Assembly (NCBI GenBank): GCA_946965045.2
Contig: OX337237.1
Span: forward strand, 1-64,000
Reading direction: 5' to 3'
DNA length: 64,000 nt
DNA from: Epithemia pelagica
Lineage: Eukaryota; Protista; Bacillariophyta
Each line of letters begins with the position of its first letter. Positions within the stretch are counted from its first letter, which is position 1. Below are positions 42,781 through 54,444 of this stretch, one piece after another. Under the pieces are notes generated by a model. The model made no database searches. It was not told the DNA's origin and saw only the letters and a program-made list of their open reading frames with translations. The translations under genes and the position numbers were made by a program.

Positions 42781-43078
42781 CAGTTAAGACATGTCCCAGA
42801 AATCGTAGAAGCTCTAGAGAGTGAAAAACGCGAGAGAGGGCCACACGAAAGATTCGATAATTGCGCCTCTCACCAAGCAACGACTACTAAGCAGTCAAAC
42901 AGTTCCTGCTGGACCGATTGAAAGACAAAAGAGAGGAGCGCTTAGGGTTGTGGTGAGCCAAAGATGAATGTTTTTCCTACACCGAGGTGAAAGTAGTGGC
43001 ATGGAATCAAGGTAACCACACCATTCTTACATCAGTTTTCCAGTCCATTGAAGTGATTACTGCGCTTGATCTAGAAGA

Positions 43079-44790
43079 ATGTCTGGCCGTGGTACCGACA
43101 ACCCGGCTTCTGATCGTCAATCGAGAACAGGGGCATCACCGTTGGATCGAGAAGCAAGACCTACACAGAGCTCACGCCACGAGAACAAGGAGCACGAGGG
43201 GACGACCAGAAATCAAGACGCTGGTGGTGAAGTCCATGCTGAAACTTTGACTCCAACCCCAATCGTCCCCGAACTCAATGACGTTTTATTGGGTCGAGGC
43301 CGTGTGGTCTTTCGATGGAGTGGAAACCATCGATTTCAAAGAGAAATCGAACGCAATACCCAGCGATACCGTGATGCTCAAACAAGAGTAGAAAGGATGA
43401 GCATTGTATTGGAAATCATTGGGACAGTCAAGACATGGGGTCGTTTTCTGGATCAAGTAACTCCTCCTGTTGGTGCTGCTGTTGGCGCTGGAGTCGGAGG
43501 AACCACGGATGACATTTCAAGTGAAATCCGATCACTCTCATGGTGCTTAGCACCCTTCCACAAGATACGCAAGAAAGTAGGACAAGTAAGTGTACTGTTT
43601 GGGCCATTCATTCGCAGAGTCGATCTTGCAAAGTGGAGTGCTTGTCTAGGTACCCTATGTGTCTTTTCTCTCATCGCCCCATTTTCATTCCTGGAACATT
43701 CAAGGCGCTTCGATATCAAATGGAAGTAATCAAGTTTGGTCCCCTACATGATGAACGACAAACGCACCGCGCAAAGAAACAGAGGACACCGGCCGCGGCT
43801 ACTTCCAACACGATACAACAACAATCTCATTCTCTCCCCCCTTCTGCTTCGCCTCGACCTTCCTCTGATAAAGCGACCTCTCTTGACCAGCATTTGTACA
43901 GCCCATCACCCACAACGTTCTCACAACAACCCACAGTGCTGGAGCATGATCAAAGATATGACTTTGCCTCTTTGATGGCAGCAAGACCATCACCTTTCTC
44001 ATCTACAGAACACGAACAAGGGCACTTGACGTCATTGCAGCAGTACCAAGGTTCGGTCCAGGCCCCAATTTCGGACGATCGCGTCCACACCGCACGAAAG
44101 CGGACGATTAGTTCTACTAGCATGCCTAGGAGTCACCTTGAAACCAATGTCGCCGCCGCAACAGCAGCCGCATCCAAGGTCGTAGACACCAGTGACGATT
44201 CCCCACCATCGAGTCGTGGTAGTGGTAGCAGCATGGACATTTCCATGACGGCATTGGAACTGGATGATCAGAAGCAGGCTTCATTGTCCACAGACACCAA
44301 GCCACAATCTCCCTTGCTCAGTGACGAGGCTATCTTGGCCTCCCTTGGGTACAGCACAGCCACAACTACTCAACATCATGGCGAAGAACAAAAAGATCAG
44401 AAGCCATCCAGTTTGACGGGATACGGGAGGGTTCGTGATAGTGTGGATGACCTTGTTCAGGAAATGGATCGAATAGCCGAACATAAGCGCATGGCAAAAG
44501 GGAAGCTAGGACAGGTGGCCACTGGACAAGTCGATCACGAGGGAGAAAGCGACGAGTCTTCACCCACGGATTCGGAATTGTTGAGTGATCGAGAGATTCT
44601 GCAAGGACTTGGATATGAGGAAAGAGCTTTGGATCTGATTCTTGCACAGCAGCGTCCATATCCATCTCATCCATTCCTCAACGACGTGACAAGTTCGGGG
44701 AGCGAGAGACAAATTCGGCGTTCCGGCAGTCAGCGATCTCAAAGGTCGCCCCCTGGTCGTGCTTTCACCGAAGAAGCGGATCATAGATGA
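43079..44790 (+). CDS. DUF6824-domain protein, paralog 1; join(43079..43585,43705..44790)
   Basis: DVLLGRG...GNHRF...Y...I...GRFL...W...RKKVGQ|ALR motif set. A phase-0 GTAAGT..AG intron at 43586-43704 restores KVGQALRYQ. Confidence 0.85.
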
Positions 44791-45379
44791 GAAAGTATCC
44801 GACCCCTACCAACAAGTGCAAAGTGTACCAAACGGCTTTAGATCTGATTCTAGGAGAGGAGTGTCCATCTAATCCATCAGCCAATCATGGGCCAAGGTCG
44901 GAGAGTGAGAGACCCTTTTTGGCGTTCCAGTCAACCATTTCAAAGGTTGCCCACCTGTCCGTTCTTTCTTTCGCAAACGAGCGGATCATAGATGAGGGAG
45001 TATCCGACTCCTACCAACAAGTGCAAAGTGTACCAAACGGCTTTAGATCTGATTCTAGAAGAGGAGTGTCCATCTAATCCATCAGCCAATCATGGGCCAA
45101 GGTCGGAGAGTGAGAGACCCTTTTTGGCGTTCCAGTCAACCATCTCAAAGGTTGCCCACCTGTCCAACCAAACGGCTATAGATCTGATTCTAGAAGAGGA
45201 GTGTCCATCTAATCCATCAGCCAATCATGGGCCAAGGTCGGGGAATGAGAGACCCTTTCGGCGTTCCAGTCAACCATTTCAAAGGTCGCCCCCTGGTCGT
45301 GCTTTCACCATAGAATCGGATCATAGATGAGGGTGCATCGGACTCATACCAACAAGTGTAAAGTGTACAAAACGAACTA
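44620..45379 (+). repeat. Tandem degenerate duplications of the DUF6824 gene 3' end and stop region
   Basis: The block GGATCTGATTCT...TCAAAGGT(C/T)GCCC...GGATCATAGATGA...CCAACAAGTG recurs about four times, one copy partial. Confidence 0.85.
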
Positions 45380-45773
45380 TTGATAGAGGATCCAGCATTC
45401 TGCCTTATGAGCACTTAGGAACAGACTTGGGGGGGGGGGGGGGGTTGCTTTTTGTTGGGTAGACTTCACGCATCAATCTTGACAGGACTGAATTAAGGTC
45501 CAACCGGCCCAAGAGAAATCTAGCTACCCTATTCACCGTGACGTACCTAGCATCTGGCCACATTCCGAATTGAGCTCTTGGGGCATATTGTGCAAGAATA
45601 TGAGCAACATCGTGCAACGTCGGCCGTGCGGCGCCACCGAATTCTGTATTCCATACATATTATGCTAGATTAATATAGAATATAGTTCCTGTCAGTATTC
45701 GATTGGCAATGAAAGAGATGGGGTGTGAGGGACTGAAAACGGCGATAGTCTTGTTTGATTCCAGGCGATGCCC

Positions 45774-46276
45774 GCTCATCTCCAGAATTGGAGATAACTA
45801 TCTCCAATATTGGAACAGATCTCCAGAATTGGAGGCAACTTACAACTTACCTCCAATATTGGAGGTAGCTTACCTCGAACTTATCTCCATTTTACCTCCA
45901 ACAGAATAGGCACTCGGCGTTTTCGTATCTTATAGCGACTGCTTGTTTGTTTCCGCGGTGGACGGTGGAGGGGAGTCTGGAGAACAACTGCTCGTGCTCC
46001 TAAGATGACACCTAATCAACAAGAACTTGAACAACATTATTTATTCCACACCACTTTGACATGCAGTCAACTCAAGGAGTTGCTCAAGCTTCGTGGTTTA
46101 AGATTTTATAGCAGTAATAGTAGCCATGCTAGGTAAAGACGCGACTCGAAACTTGGAGATAGGTTGGAGGTAAAATGGAGATGACTTATCTGCATTTCTG
46201 GAGGTAACCTACCTCCAATTTGGGAGATGAATATCTCCAATTATGGAGATGAATATCTCCAATTCTGGAGATGAGC
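45774..46276. mobile_element. MITE / non-autonomous TIR element, 503 bp, with long palindrome-built TIRs
   Basis: Outer 23 bp GCTCATCTCCAGAATTGGAGATA are perfectly inverted, and an inner 20 bp ATCTCCATTTTACCTCCAAC is also inverted (45883-45902 vs 46163-46182). GCCC flanks both sides. Confidence 0.85.
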
Positions 46277-46691
46277 GCCCACCAGCTGTGGCAAAGTTGG
46301 CAGGCGCTCGCAATCGTGCACTCTCTATCACACACAAAATCAAATATTGATTATTCTCCATATTATATGATTCATATTAAGTTTGAGATGAAGAAAATAT
46401 GAGTGGTAGCTCCGGATTTCGGTGGCGCCGCTGGTGGCGACTGACTCACTCTTATGGAACAGTTCCCGAAGTTTGGCCTCATCTTTTCGTTGCGGCAATC
46501 ACCGCTCGAGATGGAATGATAAGCGAAGACAAACGCACTCTGGAGAATACCCTCGATCACGTCTAGAAAGGTGCTGTTCTGAAGGCCCCAGAAAAAGCGA
46601 AGCACACCGCTAGACCAAATGAGCCTTATCCGTATGAATTTAGCCGATTCCCTTCAGCCGTTTGGGCCTTCATAAAACTGGACAACGAGCA

Positions 46692-48334
46692 ATGGATGGC
46701 AATGAAGCGTCTCCTGACATTTCGTCTGCTGCGAACCCGGTTGTCCCTGAGCTAAATGATGTTTTGTTGGGCAGAGGCAGGACGCGAATTTTGGAATGGG
46801 AGGGGAATCGACGATATACTGCAGAAATCGAGGTCAATATACGACGATACAAGGAAGCTAAAACACGAACCGAGCGATCTACTATTGTCCTTGAGATTGC
46901 GCGAAGAATCAACTCCTGGGGACGTTTCTTGGAACAGCCAGTGCCCAATGGTCCCTGGTATGTGGCTGATTTGACAAAGGTGCGCAAGAAGATTGGACAG
47001 GTACGTGCGAAGAAGCATATCAATCCTTGGTTGTTTCTTCTTTTGCTCGTCTTTCTCACAAATTGTGACACTAGGCATTGCGATATCAAATGGAAAATGT
47101 CAAGTATGACGGTGGGGCCACACCTCGTCAAACGGCTCGTGATGTGGCCGCCTCGGTGGCGGAAACCGTCGCACGTCAAACGGCAGAAGCCGCCACCAAA
47201 CCGCGTGCGATTGAACAGCTGGAAGGAATTCTTGCAGCCAGTTCCACGGCTGCTCCTCTCGCGGCAGATGGTGGTGGCGACGACGACGATAGTCTCAGCA
47301 TTGATGTTTCGCTCTCAGCGATTCGAGATATGGAGGAAGATGAGAATGTCACCTTGTCGGATTCTCTTGTACAGCACGAGCAGCTCAAGAGTCTCACCAC
47401 TTCGGCAGCTCCGGTAGCTCCTCCGTTACTTAGTGACAGGGATATTTTGCACGCCCTTGGATATGAGACAGCATTGTCCCCATCCCGGCCACAACCACAG
47501 GCTACAATCAGTCCTTCCTTTGCTCGTGAACAGCAACAACCAATACCTCCACAGTCTACGGCAGTGGCTGGAGTCCCAATGCCCCTGCAACAACAAATCT
47601 ATCTTCATCATGGAACCCTGAACGAACAAGGAGTAAGCCCAATGATGCTACGAGGTACCGGGCACACGGCGACAGGAGGTATCAGCCATACACAACAACA
47701 GCACCCAAGTACTCTACCGATACCCCCAAACCCACCGACTCCTTCAGCGACCGCTCATGACTTTATGGCCTTGCCATCCTCTTCGTCCTGGCCCAGTTTT
47801 GCCACATCTACCGCCGACCATTTCTATCGACAACAGCAGTCACACACCAGCACTCCGAATATACAGCTACAACAGTCAAATTTTGCTCCCTCATATACAC
47901 AACAACAACAACAACAAAACCCACAAGCAGCACTACCTCATTGTAAGTCCTAGAAGACCCGCCGGCTCTCTAGAGCAGCGAATCTATCGTGGACTCGTCC
48001 TTTCACTCACATTTTCTTGCTACTTCCAGTAACCCTAGACGAAGATCCTACCGCATTACACTTGTTGCAACAAATACCCATTTCAACTACTCCGAATCAA
48101 TCATCCATGGAACAAAATCCTCCTCCTCTTCCTCGGCCACAAGAACAATCTACCAGCAATGTGGTCCGAGCTGATTCTCAATCTATAGCTCCACATTCTT
48201 GGCCAGCACAGCGTCAGCCGCAATCAAGTCCTCCCCTTCCTCAGCAGCAATTACCTCCGATACAAGCCCCTGCTACTCCTACTAGACAGCACAATCAGGA
48301 CCATACAAATCCAGACAGTGGGCGACCCTATTGA
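46692..48334 (+). CDS. DUF6824-domain protein, paralog 2; join(46692..47000,47075..47942,48030..48334)
   Basis: Same motif set (ELNDVLLGRG, GNRRY, WGRFL, RKKIGQ|ALRYQME). GT..AG introns at 47001-47074 and 47943-48029 join three track ORFs in frame. Confidence 0.82.
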
Positions 48335-48853
48335 CTCAATTCAGACCATGCTACCCAACCCTTTCATACAGCGACCGTGATGTTTTGTATGATTTGTATG
48401 AAACGACTGCACAATTTTGTTTTTGAATGCATAATGAATGTTCGTGAATCGTGAATGTTTTGTTTGTCCGTCTCTTCCAAATGGGACAAGACAGAACAGG
48501 ACAGTCATCGTCATTGCGTACTTTCTAGAGAGACGTTTTTGTAAAGAGAGCTAATAATGTCATTCCTGTACATAGCCTTCTTCCGTACATAGGGACAGAC
48601 GGAGGAAAGATATCTGGCATGCGACTGAATCTCACGGAGAGCGACTCAGAAAGGATCGATTCGCGTCTGACATCGATCGGAAATCGGAATCCGATGACCG
48701 ACCACGGAAGATTCCGGTAATCACGATTTCGACCAGCAACAAAAGATACGTTGCAACAGCATGCAACGTTGGTAAAGTGAATAGCGGGGGTCATTCTTGG
48801 AAGAACAGAAACTTTATCGTCAAAAAGATTGCCATTGATTGAATACAATCATC

Positions 48854-50029
48854 ATGATGATCTCTGGATGGCACACGTCCATTCTCATTGTGGCTGCCGC
48901 ATTGTGGTTGCCGACCACAGCAGCCTTTCAAACGTCCCCTCGTTTCCCCTCGTCGCTCCCTGGCACTTCCTTCTCCCAGCCATCTGTTCAGTATTCTTCC
49001 AGGCTTTCCCTCATTCCCAAAAAGAACGAGCAAGATTCTCCTTCATCCTTTTCCCAACGAGAAGAACCCAAGGCATTGGATCTGTTCAAATCCAAACCGG
49101 CCGAATTTGCCTTTCCAGAAGATGACCAAGAGACAAGTTTGACGCAGTTTCCTCGAGCCACGGCTGGTCTGGGTGCCTTTGGGTTGCTCTTGTTTGGTGG
49201 CGTTTCCTACTTTTTGCAACGCTTCTTGAATGAACCCTGTTTGGCGCACGGTGCCGACTACTGTGACATTTACCAGTTTGCCGATTTCTTTGCCAAGCCC
49301 GAGAATACCGTACTCAGCTTTGTCTTGATTCTGACTCATGCCTTCCCCTTTGTCTTGATTCCTCTCACCATGCGCATCGTCAATGACAAGTCCCCTCTGA
49401 TCAAGGCGAATCATCCCGAATTCAATCCCTTTGTCATGCAGCTGGGTTTGGCGACAATTTGTTTCGGATTGGCCTTGGAATTTGGTTGGCATGTTGCCGA
49501 ATCCTGGTACTATGTCAATGACTTTCATGTGCTCAACTTTGGCTTTTACTTCTTTCTCATTTCCTCCTTTGCTCTTTGGGCCGATGGATTCAAGAACAGT
49601 GTGGCTGTCGATGTCTTGTTTGGAGTCATTTTGTTGGTGGCCAGCATCTTGTATCCTCTCGGCAACTACGAGGCAGTCCATCACGAGCTCTATCCCACCG
49701 ATCCACCCATCTTTCCTTGGTTGAGCGAACCGGATTTGGCCAAGATTCCCTTGTACTTGGGTTTGACGGCCACCTTTGTGGCCTTGACCTTGCGTGGACA
49801 AAAGGTGTTTGGCAATCAAATGTACATTGTCTTTTTCCTCTCGGTCGTGGTCAATTTGTTCTTTATCTTTCTACTCCAAAAATTGCCGCCCATCGAGACA
49901 CCCGACGATTTGACGACCCTGAATTATGTCTACCACATTTGCCATGATTTGTTGGGTACCGAAGCCGGTGTGGCCTACTTTGCCTACCTCGTCGCCAATT
50001 ACGATCCGGATCGGGCCACGGCCGAGTAA
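48854..50029 (+). CDS. Multi-pass membrane protein with probable bipartite plastid leader, function unknown
   Basis: ATG at 48854; signal-like ILIVAAALWLPTTAA|FQTSPR followed by a Ser/Pro/Arg-rich transit-like stretch and about 7-8 hydrophobic segments. Confidence 0.72.
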   Translation: MMISGWHTSILIVAAALWLPTTAAFQTSPRFPSSLPGTSFSQPSVQYSSRLSLIPKKNEQDSPSSFSQREEPKALDLFKSKPAEFAFPEDDQETSLTQFPRATAGLGAFGLLLFGGVSYFLQRFLNEPCLAHGADYCDIYQFADFFAKPENTVLSFVLILTHAFPFVLIPLTMRIVNDKSPLIKANHPEFNPFVMQLGLATICFGLALEFGWHVAESWYYVNDFHVLNFGFYFFLISSFALWADGFKNSVAVDVLFGVILLVASILYPLGNYEAVHHELYPTDPPIFPWLSEPDLAKIPLYLGLTATFVALTLRGQKVFGNQMYIVFFLSVVVNLFFIFLLQKLPPIETPDDLTTLNYVYHICHDLLGTEAGVAYFAYLVANYDPDRATAE

Positions 50030-50469
50030 AGGACAAACCACAGTAGGATTAGTCATAAAGAGTAAAGAAGCAACCTTCACCAGCAGTCTAGGTAGGACCA
50101 ATGTGTTGCTGTATCGATTTGCTACTTTTCCCTCCGAGGTAGACCCTTTTTCGTTCAAAACTAGAGAGAACCTTAGGGATAAGGTTACCCACTGATATCG
50201 TGTCTACCCGTACAGGATCTGCATCCTTGGACTAGGGGTAGCTCCTTCAAAACATTGTCTAGACCATGATACCCATGAACGATCCATGAGTTATGGACGA
50301 TACGCGAGAAGAAGCAGACTATGCCAAAAGGAGAGAATGGTAAAGGTGATATTGACTCGTCACTAGAGTAATCTACAAAAAGGATTGGCACCACTACTAG
50401 TACTAGAGCCGTTTCATCCAAGCTACACACATGTCTCTCCCCGCATCCCACTCGTTTGGTCGTCGTCGT

Positions 50470-51948
50470 CTAAAAGTCGGCATCCAAATCAAAGCAATGA
50501 TTGTCCACCGTGGCCTCACCGACACCCGACTTGGCATATTCTCCGACGCGCTTTTCAAAAAAGTTGGTCTTGCCCTGCAAGGAAATGAGTTCCATCCAGT
50601 CAAAGGGATTGGTCGATCCGTACCATCGGGGCAACTCCAAGGCCACCAACAAGCGATCGGCACAAAATTCAATGTACTGACACATTAGCCGAGCATTCAT
50701 GCCAATCAATTCGACCGGCAAGGAATCGCGGACAAACTCTTGTTCAATGTCCACGGCGTGACGGATAATTTCGTAAATGCGTTCGTCGGGAAGAGGGTTG
50801 ACAAGCTTGCGGTACAACATGCAAGCAAAGTCGCAATGCAGGCCTTCATCGCGAGAAATCAACTCGTTGCTAAAGCAAAGACCAGGCATGAGACCGCGCT
50901 TCTTGAGCCAAAAAATGGAACAAAAGGATCCAGAAAAGAAAATACCTTCGACGGCCGCAAAGGCAATACACCGTTCGGCAAAGCTGGCATGTCGTGGATC
51001 ACACCATTGCAAGGCCCATTGCGCCTTCTTTTGGACACAGGGCACGGTTTGAATGGCATTGAGCAAGTGATCCTTTTCTTGGGCATTCTTGACGTACGTG
51101 TCAATCAAGAGACTGTAGGTTTCGGAATGAATGTTTTCCACGGCAATTTGAAAGCCATAAAAGCAGCGGGCTTCCGGCGATTGAATCTCGGTGGCAAAGT
51201 TTTGGGCCAAGTTCTCATTGACAATCCCATCGCTGGCGGCAAAAAAGGCCAACACATGAGATACAAAGTGTCGCTCGTCCTTGGACAAACCCTCCCAGTC
51301 ATTGAGGTCCCCGGCCAAGTCAATCTCTTCGGCCGTCCAGAAACTGGCTTCGGCCTTTTTGTACATGGCCCAAATCTAAAGAGTGATCGAAAGTAGGAAA
51401 GGTCTCAACGGTTAGTGACAACACTCGAACGCAAAAAGGGTACAACCGATACATGCACGCGTGGTACATACCTCACTGTCTTGAATGGGAAACAAGACAA
51501 AGCGACGAGGGTTTTCCACCAAGAGTGGTTCGGGAGCACGATGTCCCAATTCTTCGGCCAGTTTGTGTTCCGACTTTTGAATGGCAACATGTTCGGTTGG
51601 TTCGTCGGCGGGGGACACAATGGGAGAGGAGGCGGCCGACTTGGCATCGGGTGTCACAGCCACGGCCGACGAGGAGGGAGGAGACGATATGGTTGGGTGG
51701 GACGGAGAGGGCGGATGGGAGAGACTGCTGCTACTGCAGGTGCTTTGATCCAAAGTACTGCTGTCGGAATGAAATTCCAAGGCAATGGGAGGAAATCCGT
51801 CGTCGTCGTCGTTACTGTCGGTATCACTGAAATCGTGATTATTCTCGTCCAATGACTTCTTGGATGTTTCTAGGTGTTGTTTCTTCAAGTCCTTGTTGGG
51901 ACATGATGATGGCTCGATATTAACTTGATCCGAAAGAGTCAATGGCAT
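50470..51948 (-). CDS. RNR2: Ribonucleotide reductase small (R2/beta) subunit; join(complement 50470..51375,51472..51948)
   Basis: [58 protein letters not shown] and C-terminal FDLDADF. GT..AG intron at 51376-51471. Confidence 0.97.
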
Positions 51949-53036
51949 GATTTTGGTGTGTGTTTGTTGTGCTGTATTGTTTTGCGGTGAACAGGATTTT
52001 GGGGTGTCTGTTTGGTTTTTATGGGGACAATCCAGACCCCGATCAATTCCCTGTGCGCCCAAAATTCAAAGAAAGCTGGCCAGTAGACTGGCTACGACGA
52101 TCACTGTACGTAGCTTTTGCGTGGAAGTGTCTACCAAGGAACGCCATCCGATGTGGCGCGGTCCAAGCATGCCATCTATTTCAGGAAGGCATCCTCGATT
52201 GGATTCGAATTTCGAAGGATGGAGCACGCTCTTCCCACACAATTTCAAACCACTTTCTTGTTGCTACAAGCCTGCATCTCCAGATCGCCTTCCTGTCCAA
52301 GATACTGGCGCAGAACGCATGTCACTGAGCTGGAGGTGCCATTGCCAATTTGGGGGAAAAGGGCTATCCAAGCTATGGGAAGAATGAAGATTGCACATGA
52401 TCTCGCTAGAGCTAAATCGACGAATTCACCATACTGCCAATCTAGAGCAAGAATCCAGACCCTTCTTCGAGGGACAATCATGGCCTATCATCACTGGGAC
52501 CTACATATCAATCATGGGTCCACAAATTATCTACTCCTAGCTATTAGTCAACAATGCCGAGTGAATCCGTACACCAGCAGTGTTTGGTAGATGCGGTACC
52601 CCGCCAACTCTCCAGATCCTTTTCTTCACTGGGGCTTACTTGTTCATACTTGCATCAGCCTCCTTCTTTTCCCTTATTAGTCCGTACAGGGATTCGAACC
52701 CTCCATCGTACATAGAAACACGGTGGATGTAGACCGGTCGATACCGCAATGCGCAGTGCTACATCCGAGGCGAACAACCAGACGATTTGTGAATTCGATA
52801 AAATGTCAATTTACTATGTATATATTCCATGTCATAAAACTCAAAACTGTGCCAGTTCCCTCCCACCGAGAGCTCGGTCGAAAGGAAAGTAGCGTTGTAT
52901 TGCCCAAAGTCCGTGTGGGAATCCTGCCAAAGAAGAGTGATCCAAAACAGAGGTGCATGCCACCAAGTTCTCGTCCCAGGTCCTGTGGAACGAGCTCGTT
53001 TGCGATTCACACTCGAGTGACGCGACAGCCGGTCGT

Positions 53037-53366
53037 CTACTGGACTTGCAACATACTGTCTTTCTGTTGTTGTTCTTGTTGTTCTTGTTCGCGTCGTCGT
53101 TCGTGTTCGTCGTGTTCTCGTTGGGCTTGCAATTCCGCCGCCTTGCGATGCTTGGTCCGGATAAAGTTGCTCATGTGACTCAAATCCCGAGGCGTGGACA
53201 ATTCCACTTCATCGCGTTCGCCGTTGTGGCCCGCCTCCAATTCGCGTCGTTCTTGTTCCAGTTGCAATTGGGCGCCCCACCCAATGCCGTGCACGGACTG
53301 CGGAGTCCAGACGGCCAAGAAAACGACACAAAACAGGAAAGCAGAATGGAACGTGATGCGAGCCAT
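53037..53366 (-). CDS. Small secreted-type protein, 109 aa
   Basis: ATG at 53366; signal-like AFLFCVVFLAVWTPQSVHG, an RREL motif and a charged helical tail. No family recognised. Confidence 0.55.
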   Translation of the reverse strand: MARITFHSAFLFCVVFLAVWTPQSVHGIGWGAQLQLEQERRELEAGHNGERDEVELSTPRDLSHMSNFIRTKHRKAAELQAQREHDEHERRREQEQQEQQQKDSMLQVQ

Positions 53367-54444
53367 GGTGGATACAAAGAAGACGAAGGACTTTCAAACA
53401 ATCGGGACAAAGATGGAAGCTACGGTTCTTTCTTGCCTGGGAAGAAGAAAATGTATACCATCAACAGCAACACACAAGAGGATGAATGAGACCATGGATC
53501 ACGCAATCACGCACTTTGGGGAGAAAACGAGCGCGCCGTGCCATGATTCGAATGTTCCGGTTAAGCCCGGATGCTTCCGAATGCATCGATCGAGTGGCGC
53601 GAGTTCGCACCGGCCGAGCACCTCGGTCGGTACGGTATACGTATAGATAGGTACGAGTAGTACGGAATGCGCTTTCTCAATCACGAAGCCAATGATGTGG
53701 CCGAATGGCGCGGCAAGTCAAGAAACACTCTTTTGAAAAGCCCCTCCAATCAGATGGTCGGGTTTCTCGCGCAGAAGAGTTCACTCTCTCGTGCCGTGAT
53801 CCGTGATTTCGCAAGTCCCGAACAACTCTTTCTTGGATGGACGACCATGACGACGCGAGAAAATGTTCTTCCGAACAAAAGTGTGCTGTGCTCCTCGATT
53901 ATCAGATCTCTTTTTCGTTCACTGCTTTGTGTCTGGATCTGCAACTCCACTAAACAGAGCTCTCTTTCGCTTTCGCTTGCTCTGCGTGTTTTGTGGAGGG
54001 GAGATTCCTCATGAACTACCTACCTTCATGGTTTCGCCCCTCTTCTTTCTCTAGAGAGGTAGACTGTTTGTTCCAAACGGCAAGAAGCACGGATTCTCGG
54101 CCCCCATGACAGATTCTTTGCTTTCAGTAACATGATGCCTTGTTACAGCCTCGGTCTCTGCGCTCCTTTTCCTAGAGCTTGTACTCCACACCATGAACCT
54201 GCAAGCTGCAAGACTATAGGAGTATAACATAGACTACCTACTCCTACCTTGCTCTTGCTCGTAATGGAGTCGAGTCACGGATCACCCCACAGGAAGACTC
54301 ACAGTTGCCAATGGCGGTTCGTTTGACAAGAACGACACTCTATATATTAGTATCTCTACACCATCCTATATCGTCCACATTCCATCCATCTACCCATCCA
54401 TCAAACGACCAAACAAGCTACATTGGGATCACACCATTCTTGAC

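Noticed and set aside
45429-45445. Poly-G run
   Set aside because: It is an isolated homopolymer whose length is unreliable in assemblies, with no supporting context.
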